Positions 39,251-52,371 of a DNA stretch of 64,000 nucleotides are shown here, piece after piece. The notes below the pieces were generated by a model. That model searched no databases, was not told the origin of the DNA, and saw nothing but the letters and a program-made list of their open reading frames with translations. The position numbers and the translations under genes are program-made. The stretch covers positions 124,001-188,000 of the forward strand of contig JAVKOQ020000049.1 in NCBI GenBank assembly GCA_031835245.2, read 5' to 3'. This DNA comes from Balamuthia mandrillaris. Lineage: Eukaryota. Numbering within the stretch: the stretch's first letter is position 1; each line of letters opens with the position of its first letter.

Positions 39251-39602
39251 ATGCCAGATGAAATCCCTCACGAGCTGCCCACGTACGTCAAGCGGATTGT
39301 GATTCCGAAGAGACGGTCGCAAGCTGAAATCGATGAGGAGTGGGCGTTGCGCCATGGCTGCGTGGCTCACAAGACGAAGAAAGCACGGCAGGCTGGAGGA
39401 TTCACTTTGCATCGGAATCCTTTGCATGGTTCTTCTCTTCTGGCGAACCGAGGTTCGTTTTTTTGTTCGGTTTTATAACTTCTTAGCTGCTCTCTCCCCC
39501 TCAGTGTCTTTGTCTTCTCTCTGCTCTTTTCTCCTTCTTTGCTTCTTTGTTCCCTTCTTTTCAATCTGTCTCTCTGTCTCTCTGTCTCTCTGTCTCTCTT
39601 TC

Positions 39603-39656
<54 letters not shown>

Positions 39657-40704
39657 ATTTGCTCACTCTGTTTTCTTTCTTTCACTTCTGGAAACGAAAA
39701 CAGGATTACGCGAACGAGAAGAAATAGAAAAACGTTTGTTCGGGCACACAAGTGGTACCACTCCCTACCACTATCACGAGACTCCTCTCTCCCTGCTTCA
39801 ACGGATACACCAACACCAACACCAACAATGGCGGTCACTTTCTGAGGCTGTTGAAGATGAAGAATCAGATGAAGAAGGACACTACGTAGATGATGATATT
39901 ACAAGCTTGGCAGCATACTCCTCTGATGAAGATGCGGAAAGCGAAGAAGACGACAAAGAGCGAGAAGACAGAGAAGTAGAAGAAAGATGGCGTTCTCTTC
40001 TTGCAGAACCGCCTGCTTTCTTACGAACAGCGGAAGAAGAGATTGCACAACAACACGAAGGAGGAGCATTAAGACTCTTTCTTCGACGACCTGACGACAT
40101 CTCCACATCACCATCCGTCACACAAACACAACGCGATCAACTGAACGAAGAGGAGAGATACATCCTCGAGCATTACAATGAATGCAGCAGCAGCAGCGGT
40201 AGTAGCTGCAGCAACAGCGAAGACGAAGATGATGATGAAAGTAGCGAAGAAGAAGAGGAAGGAGAACGAATTCCACTATCATCACTACCCCCTCCTTTTA
40301 TGAGAGAACGTTCGAAAGAAAGCTTAAGTCATGAAAGGCGAAGGAGGACAAGCCAACCGTTTTCAGAAGAGGAACATAGCGATTCCTCTCCGTTTCACGA
40401 TCATTTATACTTTGGATTTCGTGAGGGAGTGGATCAGGATGCGGAAGTTATTTCTTCTGAAGAAGAAAATCATGACGAAGAAGAAAAGGAGGAAGATAGA
40501 GGAGACGATGGTGTGGTTAACGATGACGACGTAGAAGGACACCGCAAAGAGGATCTTATTTATTGTCACGCAAGTGATGAAGAAGAAGAAGAAACACCGT
40601 CTTCCTCAACAACAAACAAGCAAGAACTACTCGCTTCTTCTTCAACGTATCGGAGTAGAAACCATAGCAAACATATCTCCTTTGCTGACGAAGAAGAGAA
40701 CTGA
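39251..40704 (+). CDS. Uncharacterised acidic protein, 2 exons
   Basis: MPDEIPHELPTYVKRI...ANR|GLREREEIEKRLFG joins in frame across intron ~39453-39703. Confidence 0.65.
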
Positions 40705-40767
40705 GCAACCTGCTCTCTTTTTTTCTTTTGAAAGGAAGAAGAAAAAATAATTTATTCTGATGCCGTT

Positions 40768-42426
40768 TTACTTTTGTTGTTGTTGCTGTTGTTGTTGATA
40801 GTGCGACCTCCAATGAAGACAAGGCCCCTCTCCAGGAGGAGCACAAGGTTGCGTCAACCACGCGGTCTTGTCGATGTTGCCGAGGTACCAACTGCCAGCC
40901 AGCTCTTCGTTGTACTTCTTCATCTCTCTCTTCTCTGGGGCGTCGTGTACCCATTCGTGTTGAGCGTTGAACGCCAGAGCAGTCTCGGTTATCTGTTTTG
41001 TTTTTGGTTCAAGTTAACTCCAAAGATATCAACAAGGGAGAAAGGTTGAAAACGAGGAAAGAAAAGAAAGGCAAAGGAACTTACATCCACAGTGGCCTTC
41101 TTTTCGAGGGTAGCTCGATGCAGCAACCAGTTGGTATATCCCTGAGCTCCCATCACGAAAGGCGGCAGCCCAAAGTCCCACTCTCGGAGCTGCTTGTCCT
41201 TGCTGCGATGCTGCTTGTGTCCGATGTCCCTCCAAAAGTTCTTGGTAAAGACAAAGTAATCCACCTGCCAGGCGCTCCCCACGATGCTGTTGGGAGAGAG
41301 AGCATCGGTCAACAACCGAGCTGTCCACTCTTGGTTGAACTGGTAGGTATCCAAGTGCTCGTTGAAGAGAGGCTTGTCCAGTGAGACCTTGTGCGTTTTG
41401 CCGACCAGGAGAACGTCCTGCCAGTCCTTGTCTTTGGGATGGTTGACAACGGGAGTTGCGGTGGAGGAATCTTTGGTGGGAGCTTCGGTGGGAGTGGAGG
41501 AGAGGAAGATGGCGTGGCGGCGTTTGCCGTTGACGACGTGGAGCGTGTCCATAAGGGATTGGGTATGCACTATGTCGGCGTTGGAGAACATGAGCCATGG
41601 ACTCGATGTCATCTTGTTCGCTCTGATGCATCAAAGACATAGAAGTGTGAGGAAAGAGAGCAAAGTGGAAAAAATGGATGCTTACCGAGAGAAGATGTCA
41701 TTGACATAAGGCATACGGTATTGATTCCTTTGGACTTCAGGGACATAATAAATCTTCTTCTCAAAGTCCTTTTCTAGTTCCTCAACCAGGACGGATGCCC
41801 CAAAGTCGTCACCAAAGACGATAACATCGGGTTGTGGTACCAGCCTAAGCCAGCTGGACAGGGCGTTCTTCTGTCTTTGATCTGCCATAGAAGGCGTTGC
41901 GTTAGGGGTCTTATTTCAAGAAACAAGGAAAAAGAGGGGAGGAACCACGAAAGGTGAAGAAGAGAGGAGAGAATCCCAGGGAATGGAGAAACAGAGAAGG
42001 AGTGGAGGGACATACATTCTGCGCTTCCTTTATCGGCTGGCTTTAGCGTTGTGAAGATGGTGAGTAGAGGAGGGTCCTCAGTTTCGATAGGAGGGGCAAT
42101 GTTAAGCGGTGTGCCTTTCGCTTTCTTTTTTAGCTCCCGCTCTGCCTCCTCGATCTGCTCAGGCGTCGGTGGTTTGGCCAGTCCAAAGTTCGTTGCTCCT
42201 TGTTGTTGACGCTGAGATATTTGTATTATTAAAAAGGAGAACATAAGCAGGCGGATAACGAGAACAACTATGTGTTGAGAGTGTGACATACGTCGTCGCT
42301 CCATCCTGCTGCGTGTTCACCGTTAGCAGTGTGGATGTGGCCTTGCTCGAGGTTCAAAGGGCGTTTGCAGTAAGCCACGCAGAGAAAACCAAAGATCACA
42401 ACAGCGAGTGCCAAAGAGAGCTTCAT
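40768..42426 (-). CDS. Putative GT-A-fold glycosyltransferase-like protein with N-terminal signal/anchor, multi-exon
   Basis: MKLSLALAVVIFGFLCVA; LTIFTT, QKNALSSW, MFSNADI (DxD-like), VDYFVF, LPPFVMG. Confidence 0.65.
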
Positions 42427-43064
42427 GTCTTATCTTCACAGAAACCTTTCTCACAAGAACGCTGATGGGGGCAACCGTGTGCCGTCGTTTCGTCTGTCCT
42501 TCTTCTCTTCTTTGGCAAAGGGACGCTTTAATGTCGACGCCCATGATGTGGTCCAATCCTTTTTCGAAAAACCAATAATGACTTGCGGTATGAAAATCCA
42601 TTGGCTGCAACGTCAATTCAAACGGATGAGATCAAACGCTCCACATCCATTGGTCGATCGAGGCCTCTTCCCGATTAATGGCCATTAAAAAAACACACGA
42701 GCCCAATTGAATTGGGGGGTTTCGTGGGGTGGGAGAGAGAGAGAAAGTGGAAAAGAAAAAGTAGTGGCTGTTAGCTTTTTCACACTTTTTCCAAAAGGTC
42801 GTTGCGCGAAGGGAGAAGCGGAGGAAAAGAGACCCGCTCATCTGGCCTGCCTGCAAACTGCCTCCTCTCGAAACTCTCTCTGGCTCTCTGGTGCTGCAGT
42901 TGGCGGGAAGGTCCTGGGGGTCTGAACCAGGTTTTTTTTTTTTAAAACGTAGCGGAGGTGTTTGGCTTTCTTTTCAACCGGGCTAAGCCGAAAAGCTTTC
43001 TTACGTACGCTGTTGTGTTTTTTTGTTGTTGTTCTATGCTTCTGCTTCCATGGAGAAAGCGTGC

Positions 43065-43112
<48 letters not shown>

Positions 43113-43442
43113 CCTCTCTCTTCTTCTTTTCGTCCTTTTGTTTTCTTTTCTTCGCTTTTTCGTAGTATAATTTTGCCTTTTATTATTATTTTTTATTATT
43201 TTTTGTTTACTTTTTTTTTTGTGCGAACTTTCTTCACTGGAAGGGAGAAAGGCCTCTTCTTGTTCTCTCTCACCCTCTCACTCTCCCATCCTCTTTCTCT
43301 TCTTTCTTCTTCTTCCTCTTTGCCTTCCACTTCTTTTTTTATTTAAAGCGGAACCTCTTTTCGCATCGTCCTCACTTTAACACCTCAACACAACCACCAC
43401 CGCTACTTTTTTTTTTTTCGATTTGGCTTGGAAAAACAGGAC

Positions 43443-46400
43443 ATGGAAATGGAGAACGTGAGGCACTCCGTCACCAAGGGCATACAGAACATCAAGCCCA
43501 TCAAGAAGATCAAGAAGAGGGCGGACCGCCGCAAGCACAAGGAGGGCAGCCGCAAGGACTACCCGGTTATCCACCTCAATGACTATGAGAGCAACTCTGC
43601 CAAAGAGAACAACTTCCCGAGCAACAGCTACACCACCTCCAAGTACACCCTTTGGAGCTTTCCCTTCAAGGTCCTCTGGGAGCAGCTGCGCAAGGCCACC
43701 ACCTTCTACTTCACCATGATCGTCATCATCACGCTCATCCCACAGATCTCGCCGCTCACGCCGTACACGAGCGTCTCTGGACTTGTTTTTATCATTCTTG
43801 TGGCTGCCATTCGTGAGGCTTATGAAGACTTTGTAAGAACTCTCTCTCTTTCTCTCAACTCTCTCTCTCTCTCTCGCGCTCTCTTAAACTTTATTTGATT
43901 ATGTTCATGTTCTCTCCTCTATTTGTTTTATCTTTCTGTTGACACTGTGGCTTCAAGTTGCGACACAAAGCAGATCGACAAGTGAACAAGCGGCGCTACA
44001 CACTCGTTGAACCACATGGAAACGGCGAGCGGGTAGTAACACGCAGGTATAAGCCGCTCTCTTTCTTCGCTTCTGTATTGCCTCTCTGCATGATCCTCAT
44101 TCTTTTGTTTGGATGGGTAGTTGTTGGTTAAAGGTGGGAGAGTTGGTCTATGTCTCGTGTGACGAACCATTTCCAGCTGACTTAGTGCTCCTCGCCTCTG
44201 GCAATGACGACGGGATTGGCTACATCGAGACAGCTCAGTTGGATGGGTATTTTTTCCTCTGCTTCTTGCTGTTTTGCTTATTTCTCAAACAAATTACAAA
44301 AAAAAAAAAACAAAAACAAAAACAAAAACAAAAACAAAACAAACGGGATAGTGAAACAAATTTAAAGATGCGGAAAGCTCCGCAAGTCACCCAAAACATG
44401 AGTATGGCTCAACTGGCAGACCTATCGGGAGCGCTCAAATGCGAGGTGCCTCATCACATCCTTTACAGCTTCAAAGGCACGCTCACAATAGACTCCGAGC
44501 CTGACGCCCAGTTGAGTACCACAACGGCCATCGCATTGGACACGAACCAACTCCTCCTTCGTGTATGTTTTCTCGTTTCTCTTTTTCTCCCTTTTCCATA
44601 ATTTCACATCATGTCTCATCCTTCTCCTATTTTGACTTTGAAAACATGGAAACAGGGTGCCAACCTCCGAAACACACCCTGGGTTGTTGGAGTTGTAGCC
44701 TATGCGGGACCAGAAACAAAGCTTTCTTTGAACCAGAAGAAACCACCATCAAAGGTCATCACTTTTTCTTATTCATTTGCTTTCTCTCTCTCTCTCTCTC
44801 TATTCATTATTAACAATCCATATTCATTTATTTATAGATGTCAACGTTAGACAAACGGTTAAACAACTATGTGTTCATTTTGTTGGCGCTGAACTTGTCT
44901 TTGTGCACGACGATGGCCGTTTTAGCCGGTTTCTTTGAGTCTAGGTACAGAAGCAAAGATATGTACTTGATGGTAATTCTCTCCCTCTCTCTCTCTCTCT
45001 CTAACTCTCTCTCTCTCCCTCTCTCTCTCTCTCCCTCTCTCTGTAACGTTCATTCATCTATTTTAAAAATAATTTGTAGGAAGATCCAGACGGCCCTTCA
45101 ATGGTTGCTCTCAAAACGTTTTTCTCTTACTTTGCCCTGCTTAGTTATCTCATACCATTGTCTTTGGTTGTGTCTCTTGAAATCGTCAAAGTACGTTCTC
45201 ATTGAGCCTCATTTTTCATGTAAAAAAACAACATAAACTAACTTAGTTCAATACATATACTTCATTTTGAAGGTGTTTCAAGCTCGGTACATGGAATGGG
45301 ATGATAAGATGGCCATTAGTGCGAAGAAACGAATGACCGTGAAGACTTCCAACCTGAACGACGAGTTGGGGCTCGTTAAATACATATTCAGCGATAAGAC
45401 AGGCACTCTTACCGAGAACCAAATGGACTTTCTCAAGTGTTCCGTCAATGGCGTTATTTATGATCGTGCGTCTGCCGGTGGCTTGCAAAGTCTTGTGGTT
45501 AGTATCCTTTTCTTTTTTCTGTTTTTTTTTTAAATAGCTTTTTTTGTCTTACTTTATTTTTATTACTTTTCCATCTGTTTATAAACAGGCTATGAGAACC
45601 GAAGAAGCTGACAACATCATGAACTTTTTGGTCAGCATGGCCATTACGCACAGCGCGGTTACTGACATTGACAAAAAAACTGGCGGTACGCTCTCTCTCT
45701 CTCTCTCTCTCTCGTGTGTTCTAACCCAAAGGCACAAATGTTAATATTCCTATTTTTCAGCCCTTTTATACAAAGCGAGTTCTCCTGATGAAGAGGCGCT
45801 CTGCAAAGGTGCGACCGCTAATGGCGTGACATTCTTGTCACGCAAGAGCAACCAAACCATTGTGGATATTGATGGTACCTTATTCTTGAATTTACTTCTC
45901 TCTTCTTCTCTCTAATAACGAACCAAAATATCTTCAATTGCGTTATCTAAACAAAAGGCGAGAAAGTTACATATGAAATTTTGACAATGATGGAGTTTAC
46001 TTCTGACAGGCGACGAATGTCTGTAATTGTTAGATTTCCAGATGGTACGAGAATCATAAACTTTTATCCTTACTCATTTCTCTTATTTTTGCGCAACTCA
46101 AATTACACTAAAAATTGTACATTAGGAGCGATCAAATTGCTGAGCAAAGGTGCTGATTCGGTGATGTACGAACGCTTAGCTTCTGGAGACGATGAGCTGA
46201 AAAAAAGAACCATGGAGGCCCTGGATCAGTTTTCCAGTTGCGTATCTTTTCCTTTATTATTTTTTTGCTCACCATTTTCATCTAATCTCTGTCTCAATTT
46301 TAGTGGAAGGCTTAAGAACGTTAGTCTATGCCGAGAAGGAATTAACAGAAGAAGAGTACGAGGCTTTTGCGGAGGAATATCATGAAGCCGAAACTCTCAT

Positions 46401-49046
46401 CCAAGGACGGGAAGAGGCGGTAATGCTTTATTTATTTTTTACACGGGTTTTCAAGTTGATTTTAACCAAACGCATTCAGGTGGACGCTGTCTGCGATAAA
46501 ATAGAGAGAGATTTGCAAATTGTTGGTTGTTCTGCTATCGAAGACAAGCTACAACATGGCGTTCCCGAAGCCATTCACTATCTCTTGGAAGTACTGAGCC
46601 CTACTTCATTTTCAATCATTATTTTCCGAAGTTGTTAATTCACCTCTCTCTCTCTCTCAGGCAAATATCCGCGTTTGGGTTATTACTGGGGATAAAGTAC
46701 AAACCTCTCTCCCTCTCATGTATCCATTTCACCTTTTTTATTGCTCTTCATCTTACGATCCATACATCTAACAGCAAGCCACTGCCATCAACATTGGTTA
46801 TTCTTCTCGTTTGTTGACGCGAGACATGCATTTGATTAAGATCAATGCAGAAAGCGCAGAACAATTCATAGAACAGCTCAACGAGGCTGCTTCTCTCAAT
46901 AATATTGCTTCCAGCTATCAGACAGAAGGAGGCAACTCTTCTACGCCACCCAAATTGGCGTGTGTCATCGATGGAACTTCTCTAAAGTTTGCCTTGCGAG
47001 ACTATCCAGATGAGTTTTACAATTTTATCACCACTTGTGCTTCTGGTACGGTTTTTTGTTTCTTGCTTTTATTCTCCATCTGTTCTTGTATTGTTTTTCG
47101 CTCACCCCCTCTGACTTTGACATGTTTTACTTGTTATAAATATAGTTGTTTGTTGTCGTGTGACTCCATTGCAAAAAGCGAAAGTTGTTAAGTTGATCAA
47201 AGAGAAGAGTAAAAGTGTATGTCTTTCTATCGGCGATGGCGCCAACGACGTCAGCATGATCCAAGAAGCTAATATCGGTGTTGGGTAAGACTTCGAACCC
47301 TGCACTTTTACTCTTCTCCTCCCATTCTCTTTCATTTCTATTCTCTTCTCACTTCTTGCGTTTTGTGTTTTAGTATTTATGGCAAAGAAGGAAACCAAGC
47401 AGCTCGTGCAAGCGACTTTGCCCTCCGTCAGTTCAGACATTTGACTCGTCTTGTTTGTGTTCATGGTTTGTGCCATTTCTTTGCTTTCCATTCCCTCGTC
47501 TCCTGTCATCTAATTTTGCATTTGCAAAGGTCGGTACTCTCTTTTGCGTAATGCTTTGTTGGTTCACTACTCGTTCTACAAGAACGCTGCCACTTTTCTG
47601 GTACTCATCTGGTTCGGCTTCTTCAGCGGTTTCTCTGCTCAGGTTTTGTATCTTTTTGCCTTGTTTCTTTCTTTGACTCTTTTGAAGTTGTTTTCGTCCT
47701 ATTTTTCTCATTTCTCATTTTGTGCAGACCTTGTACGATGACTGGATTATGACTTTCTTTAACATTACTATCACGTACGTTTTCATATCTGTCTGTCTAT
47801 CTTTCTTTCAGTTAAATTTAAAGCAATCTATCTTATCATTCTTGAAACAGGTCGCTCCCTCCTTTGGTGATTGGTGTTTATGAAATCGACATCAAAGACA
47901 CAATTATAGAACAAGTACCATATCTCTTTCTTTGTATCCGTTTGCTTTCTTTCCTTCTCTTGTGCAATCTTCTCATCGTTTTTTTTTTCTTTGATAGTAT
48001 CCACAAGCATATCGACGAACACAAAAAGGAAACATCTTCACTCTCTCTACTTTAGGTTTATGGCTTTTATCGGCTCTATATCATAGCATTGGTTAGTTGC
48101 TCTTCTCTCTTTGTTTAAGTTTAAACTAACTTTATCCATCAAACAGTGTTTTTCTTTGGCACTTATTTGGTGGTTGGTGATGGTCTCATTAATAGTCACG
48201 GCCAAACTTCTGGATTGTTCCTTATGGGAAATGTTATCCTTGCTCTGGCGTATGTTTTTTTTATTCTCTTTTCGCTTGTATTTTTTTTCCTGATGTCTCT
48301 TGTTTTCGTTCTTGCCTTCGTAAAAACTCTGAAGTATCCTCGTCATATTCTTTAAACTGGTCCTCATCACAAAGTACGTTTCTTCTCTTTCTCTTTGTTT
48401 TTGCTTGCCACTTATCCTATTCTTTTTGTTCTCAGTCTGTGGAATTGGTTGACACATGTGGCGGTATGGGGCGGACTGTTGACTTACGTTGTCACAATTA
48501 CAGTTCTAAACGTTATGCTCACTGTTATTCCCAACCAATACTTTGCTTGGTGTATCCTTTTCTTCTGCTCCTCCTCTTAGCATATATTTATTTGCATTGC
48601 ATGTTTCTTTAACCCAATTATTGCTAGTCCACATGCTTGCTATTCCGAGCGTTTGGTTGTGGCTGCTTGTTGGCCCCGTGATCTGTCTTCTTCCTGACCT
48701 CGTCATAAAATAGTGCTTTTCTCCTCTTCTCTGCTCTCCTCTCCGCTTTATTCTCGTTCCCTCTCGCTCTCTCCTATCATCCCTCTCCTCTCTTTGCTCA
48801 CACTTCTTTCCATCACAAAACAGCGCGCACCGAATGTATCGCCCGGATGCATGGCACATTCTGCAGGAGAACCATACCATCAAAAAGAAGAGAAAGTCCC
48901 AAAAGACATATGGCATTTACGGCGGTTCCGATGATGACGACGATGTGTATGCAGATGGAGGAGCGCCAAGCGTTAAGCACGCTGCTGACGTCTTTGATCC
49001 TCGCAAAGTGAATCGTTTGGATGAACCCCTGTTGCAAGATATTTAA
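43443..49046 (+). CDS. P4-type ATPase (phospholipid flippase), >20 exons
   Basis: [71 protein letters not shown]. Confidence 0.96.
48552..48627 (+). other. U12-type (minor spliceosome) GT-AG intron in the P4-ATPase
   Basis: 5' site GTATCCTTTT; branch TTCTTTAAC at 48605-48613, 14 nt before the intron end; splicing gives in-frame [14 protein letters not shown]. Confidence 0.8.
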
Positions 49047-49303
49047 GTATACTTCAAAGTCTTTGAGCTATTTTTTGTTTGAACTTTGTTTATAACGTTT
49101 TGCCGGAGAGAGAGAGAGAGAGAGAGAGAGTTTCACTCTCTGCACATCGGTTTCCGTTCTCCAGCAATTCTCCATCCTCCTTCAACTCCATTCCCTTCAC
49201 TCCTCCCTCCGGCACCCAAAGCCAGCGTTCAGGGAAAGGTGTGGGACATTGTTAGTACTGGGGTGCAGGTGGGACTGGAAGAAAAAAGAAAGAGAAACGG
49301 AGG

Positions 49304-52217
49304 ATGGAAGCACTGCCAAACGAACTGGGCGAGGCGCTATGCATGTTTCTCAACCCCAGCGACCTTGCCTCGTTGATGCTGGTATCGAAACGATGGAACA
49401 GGTGCGTGTACCCCCACCCCAACCACCGAAAAACACAAAGTTTGGTGTTTCACCTGAGGTCGGCGGTTGCTTTTTCATGAGAACAGGTTAGCTTCTAGCA
49501 ATGCCGTCTGGAAGCCTGTATATTTTGCCGCCAGTAATGAGCATGATAGTAAACTTTTACTACTCATATTCCTCTGCGTTCTCTTCGTCGTTCTCTTCTC
49601 TTCATCGTTCTCTTCGTCGTTCTCTTCACTTCGTCGTTCTCTTCTCTTCTCTTCATCGTTCTCTTCTCTTCTCTTCTTCTTCTCTTCGTCGTTCTCTTCT
49701 CTTCACTTCGTCGTTCTCTTCGTCGTTCTCTTCTCTTCTCTTCGTCGTTCTCTTCTCTTCTCTTCGTCGTTCTTTTCTCTTCTCTTCGTCGTTCTCTTCT
49801 CTTCTCTTCGTCGTTCTCTTCTCTTCTCTTCTTCGTTCTTTTCTCTTCTCTTCTCTTCGTCGTTCTCTTCTCTTCTCTTCTCTTCTCTTCTCTTCTCTTC
49901 TCTTCTCTTCTCTTCTCTTCTCTCTTCTCTTCTCTTCTCTTCTCTTCTCTTCTCTTCTCTTCTCTTCTCTTCTCTTCTCTTCTCTTCTCTTCTCTTCTCT
50001 TCTCTTCTCTTCACTTCGTCGTTCTCTTCTCTTCTCTTCTCTTCTCTTCTCTTCACTTCGTCGTTCTCTTCTCTTCTCTTCTCTTCACTTCGTCGTTCTC
50101 TTCTCTTCTCTTCTCTTCACTTCGTCGTTCTCTTCTCTTCTCTTCTCTTCTACTTCGTCGTTCTCTTCTCTTCTCTTCTCTTCTCTTCTCTTCTCTTCTC
50201 TTCTCTTCTCTTCTCTTCTCTTCTCTTCTCTTCTCTTCTCTTCTCTTCTCTTCTCTTCTCTTCTCTTCTCTTCTCTTCTCTTCTCTTCTCTTCTTCCTTC
50301 TCTTCCTTCTCTTCTTCTCTTCTTCACTTCGTCGTTCTCTTCTCTTCTCTTCTCTTCTCTTCTCTTCTCTTCTCTTCTCTTCTCTTCTCTTCTCTTCTCT
50401 TCACTTCGTCGTTCTCTTCTTCTCTTCTCTTCGTCGTTCTCTTCACTTCGTCGTTCTCTTCTCTTCTCTTCTCCTGCATTCTTTCTGCTCTCTCTTTTTT
50501 CTTCTGCTTTTACTAGCTTCTCTGCTTCTCACCTCAGTTCAAACCAGTGAGAACAGGAGCGAAAGCCTTTGAGAAGTGCGGACAGGGAGAGATTGACTAT
50601 TGGGGCGGCTCAGAGGTAGAAGTCCACCAGGAAATGTTTGATGCGTTTCTTCCTCACGACATCGAAGGCGAGCATCCATTGGTAGTGTCGCCGCTGACAA
50701 GGCAAGACGGGAAGGAGCTGGCGAACAAGGAACGACACCCAAGACAGGAGGGAAGAGTGAAGGATGGCGTCGACTATAGAGCGTTGTTGAGGCAAGTCGT
50801 GGCAAGTCCAGCATGGGACAAGCCTGTATTGATAAAGGTAAGACTGCCTTTCTTTGTTTTATGTCTTTTCTTGTCTGATACGCCATGCAAGACTAATATT
50901 ATCCGCTTTATTTTACGAATGGAGGTTGTGGTCATGGGCAATCTAGGCGGTACTTCTTTCCTCTACTTTTATCCTCATTGCTGTTTGTATTAATTTCTGA
51001 CTCTTCTAAACCTAGTCGGCAAGACGAGCTTGGTTGCAAAGCTGAGCAATGGGAGAAGGTTTGATCCATCCCAAACTGACAGTATTCCTGAAAAGTTCGA
51101 CAATCACTGCGTTCGGTGTGCTCTCTCTTCTCCCTCTTCTCCCTCTTCTCTCTGCTCTCTCCTCTCTCATTTTTTCATCCCTTTTTTGTTTTCGGTACTA
51201 ATTGTGCATTTTGTTGGCAAGGATGTTTTATGGAACGCAGGAGGTGAGAGTGTCGCTTTGGGGCACCGAAATGTGGGACACTAGCTTTTCCTTGGAAGGC
51301 GTAAGGTGTGTGTATTTCTATGTGCTCTTCTCTCTTTCATTGACGGAAAAGACCCCTTCTTGTTAAATGGCACGTTGCATGAAAACCAGGCGTCGTAGAA
51401 TTGAGGAAGGAGGAGAAGATTACAGGCGGATGCGGCTTATCACTTATCCAAACACTGATGTTTTCCTTCTTTGCTTTGACCTTACAGGTTTCGTTTCTCC
51501 ATGTTATTAACTCTCTTATTCTTTTTTTTATTGACCGACGTGATTTGCGTTAAACCAGACATGGAGTCATTTAGATACATAGAGTCCTTTGGGCTTGTGA
51601 AGCCATTCGCTATGCACCCTATACCCCATACATTATGGTGGTTTGTGGCACCAAGTCTGACCTCACGGTATCATTTACTGTTTTCTCCCACTTTGTGTTC
51701 TTTGCTATGTCTATCTTTTTGTATTTCACGTTTTTGTATGACAATTCATCCTGTGATGCGGAACAGAGAGTAGTGAGCAAGGAGGAGGCATTGGCATGTG
51801 CCAAACTCGTTGGTGCCTATGCCTACCTTGAATGTTCCACAGGTTCCTCGACCTCTCTTTTATTTTAGGTTAACTTTCTCGCTCTCTGGAAATGCCACTA
51901 ACCACAACACTACAATAACAACAGTGACAGGAGCAAACTTGCACAATGTGTTCATCGCGTGTGTGGATGGCGTTGCGCAAAAGCTCAAGTAGGAAGAGCT
52001 CTCTGAATCGAGCAGCTACTCCTCACCTTGGATGACAACCGCAACGCAAGACCCTTTGGGCGGTTGGGGAGAGCAGGTCCTGAGCCCCAGCCTGAACGCC
52101 AAGAACGAGTGGAGCTCCAAACGCGGCAACGGAAGCGCCGTGGAGAGCATCCTGCAAGGGCACTATCTGCAGTACAAAAGATCCAACGAGCCCGTTTTTT
52201 ATTGCGATGAATTATGA
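49304..52217 (+). pseudogene. F-box + atypical Rho-family GTPase fusion gene with apparent frameshift and internal TAG (pseudogene or assembly errors)
   Basis: MEALPNELGEALCMFLNPSDLASLMLVSKRWN|RLASSNAVWK; IK|VVVMGNLG|VGKTSL; YPNTDVFLLCF; GTKSDL; YLECS; frameshift at ~51588; TAG at 51990-51992. Confidence 0.75.
49575..50472. repeat. ~900-bp (TTCTC)n satellite with TTCGTCG/TTCAC variants, intronic
   Basis: Direct reading; fills intron 2 (~49549-50557) of the F-box-Rho gene. Confidence 0.95.
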
Positions 52218-52288
52218 ATCATTGGAAATTATCTGGATAATCGTTGACTCACCGATAAACAAAGCGACGACCGTTCAGCAAACAAGCA

Positions 52289-52360
<72 letters not shown>

Positions 52361-52371
52361 AGAGCGAGAGA

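Noticed and set aside
45502..45511. Second GTATCCTTTT, possible U12 donor
   Set aside because: Only the GTTAGT donor at 45498 keeps the frame with the acceptor at ~45588, and no U12-type branch is evident
49467..50550. 349-aa SSLLF / RREEK repeat ORFs
   Set aside because: Translations of the intronic (TTCTC)n satellite; only the short RLASSNAVWK exon is real
37437..51992. TAG reassignment (alternative genetic code) suggested by two in-frame TAGs
   Set aside because: TAG appears to be the true stop of several intact genes (15073, 20520, 34917, 58652), and both internal TAGs are in loci with other lesions
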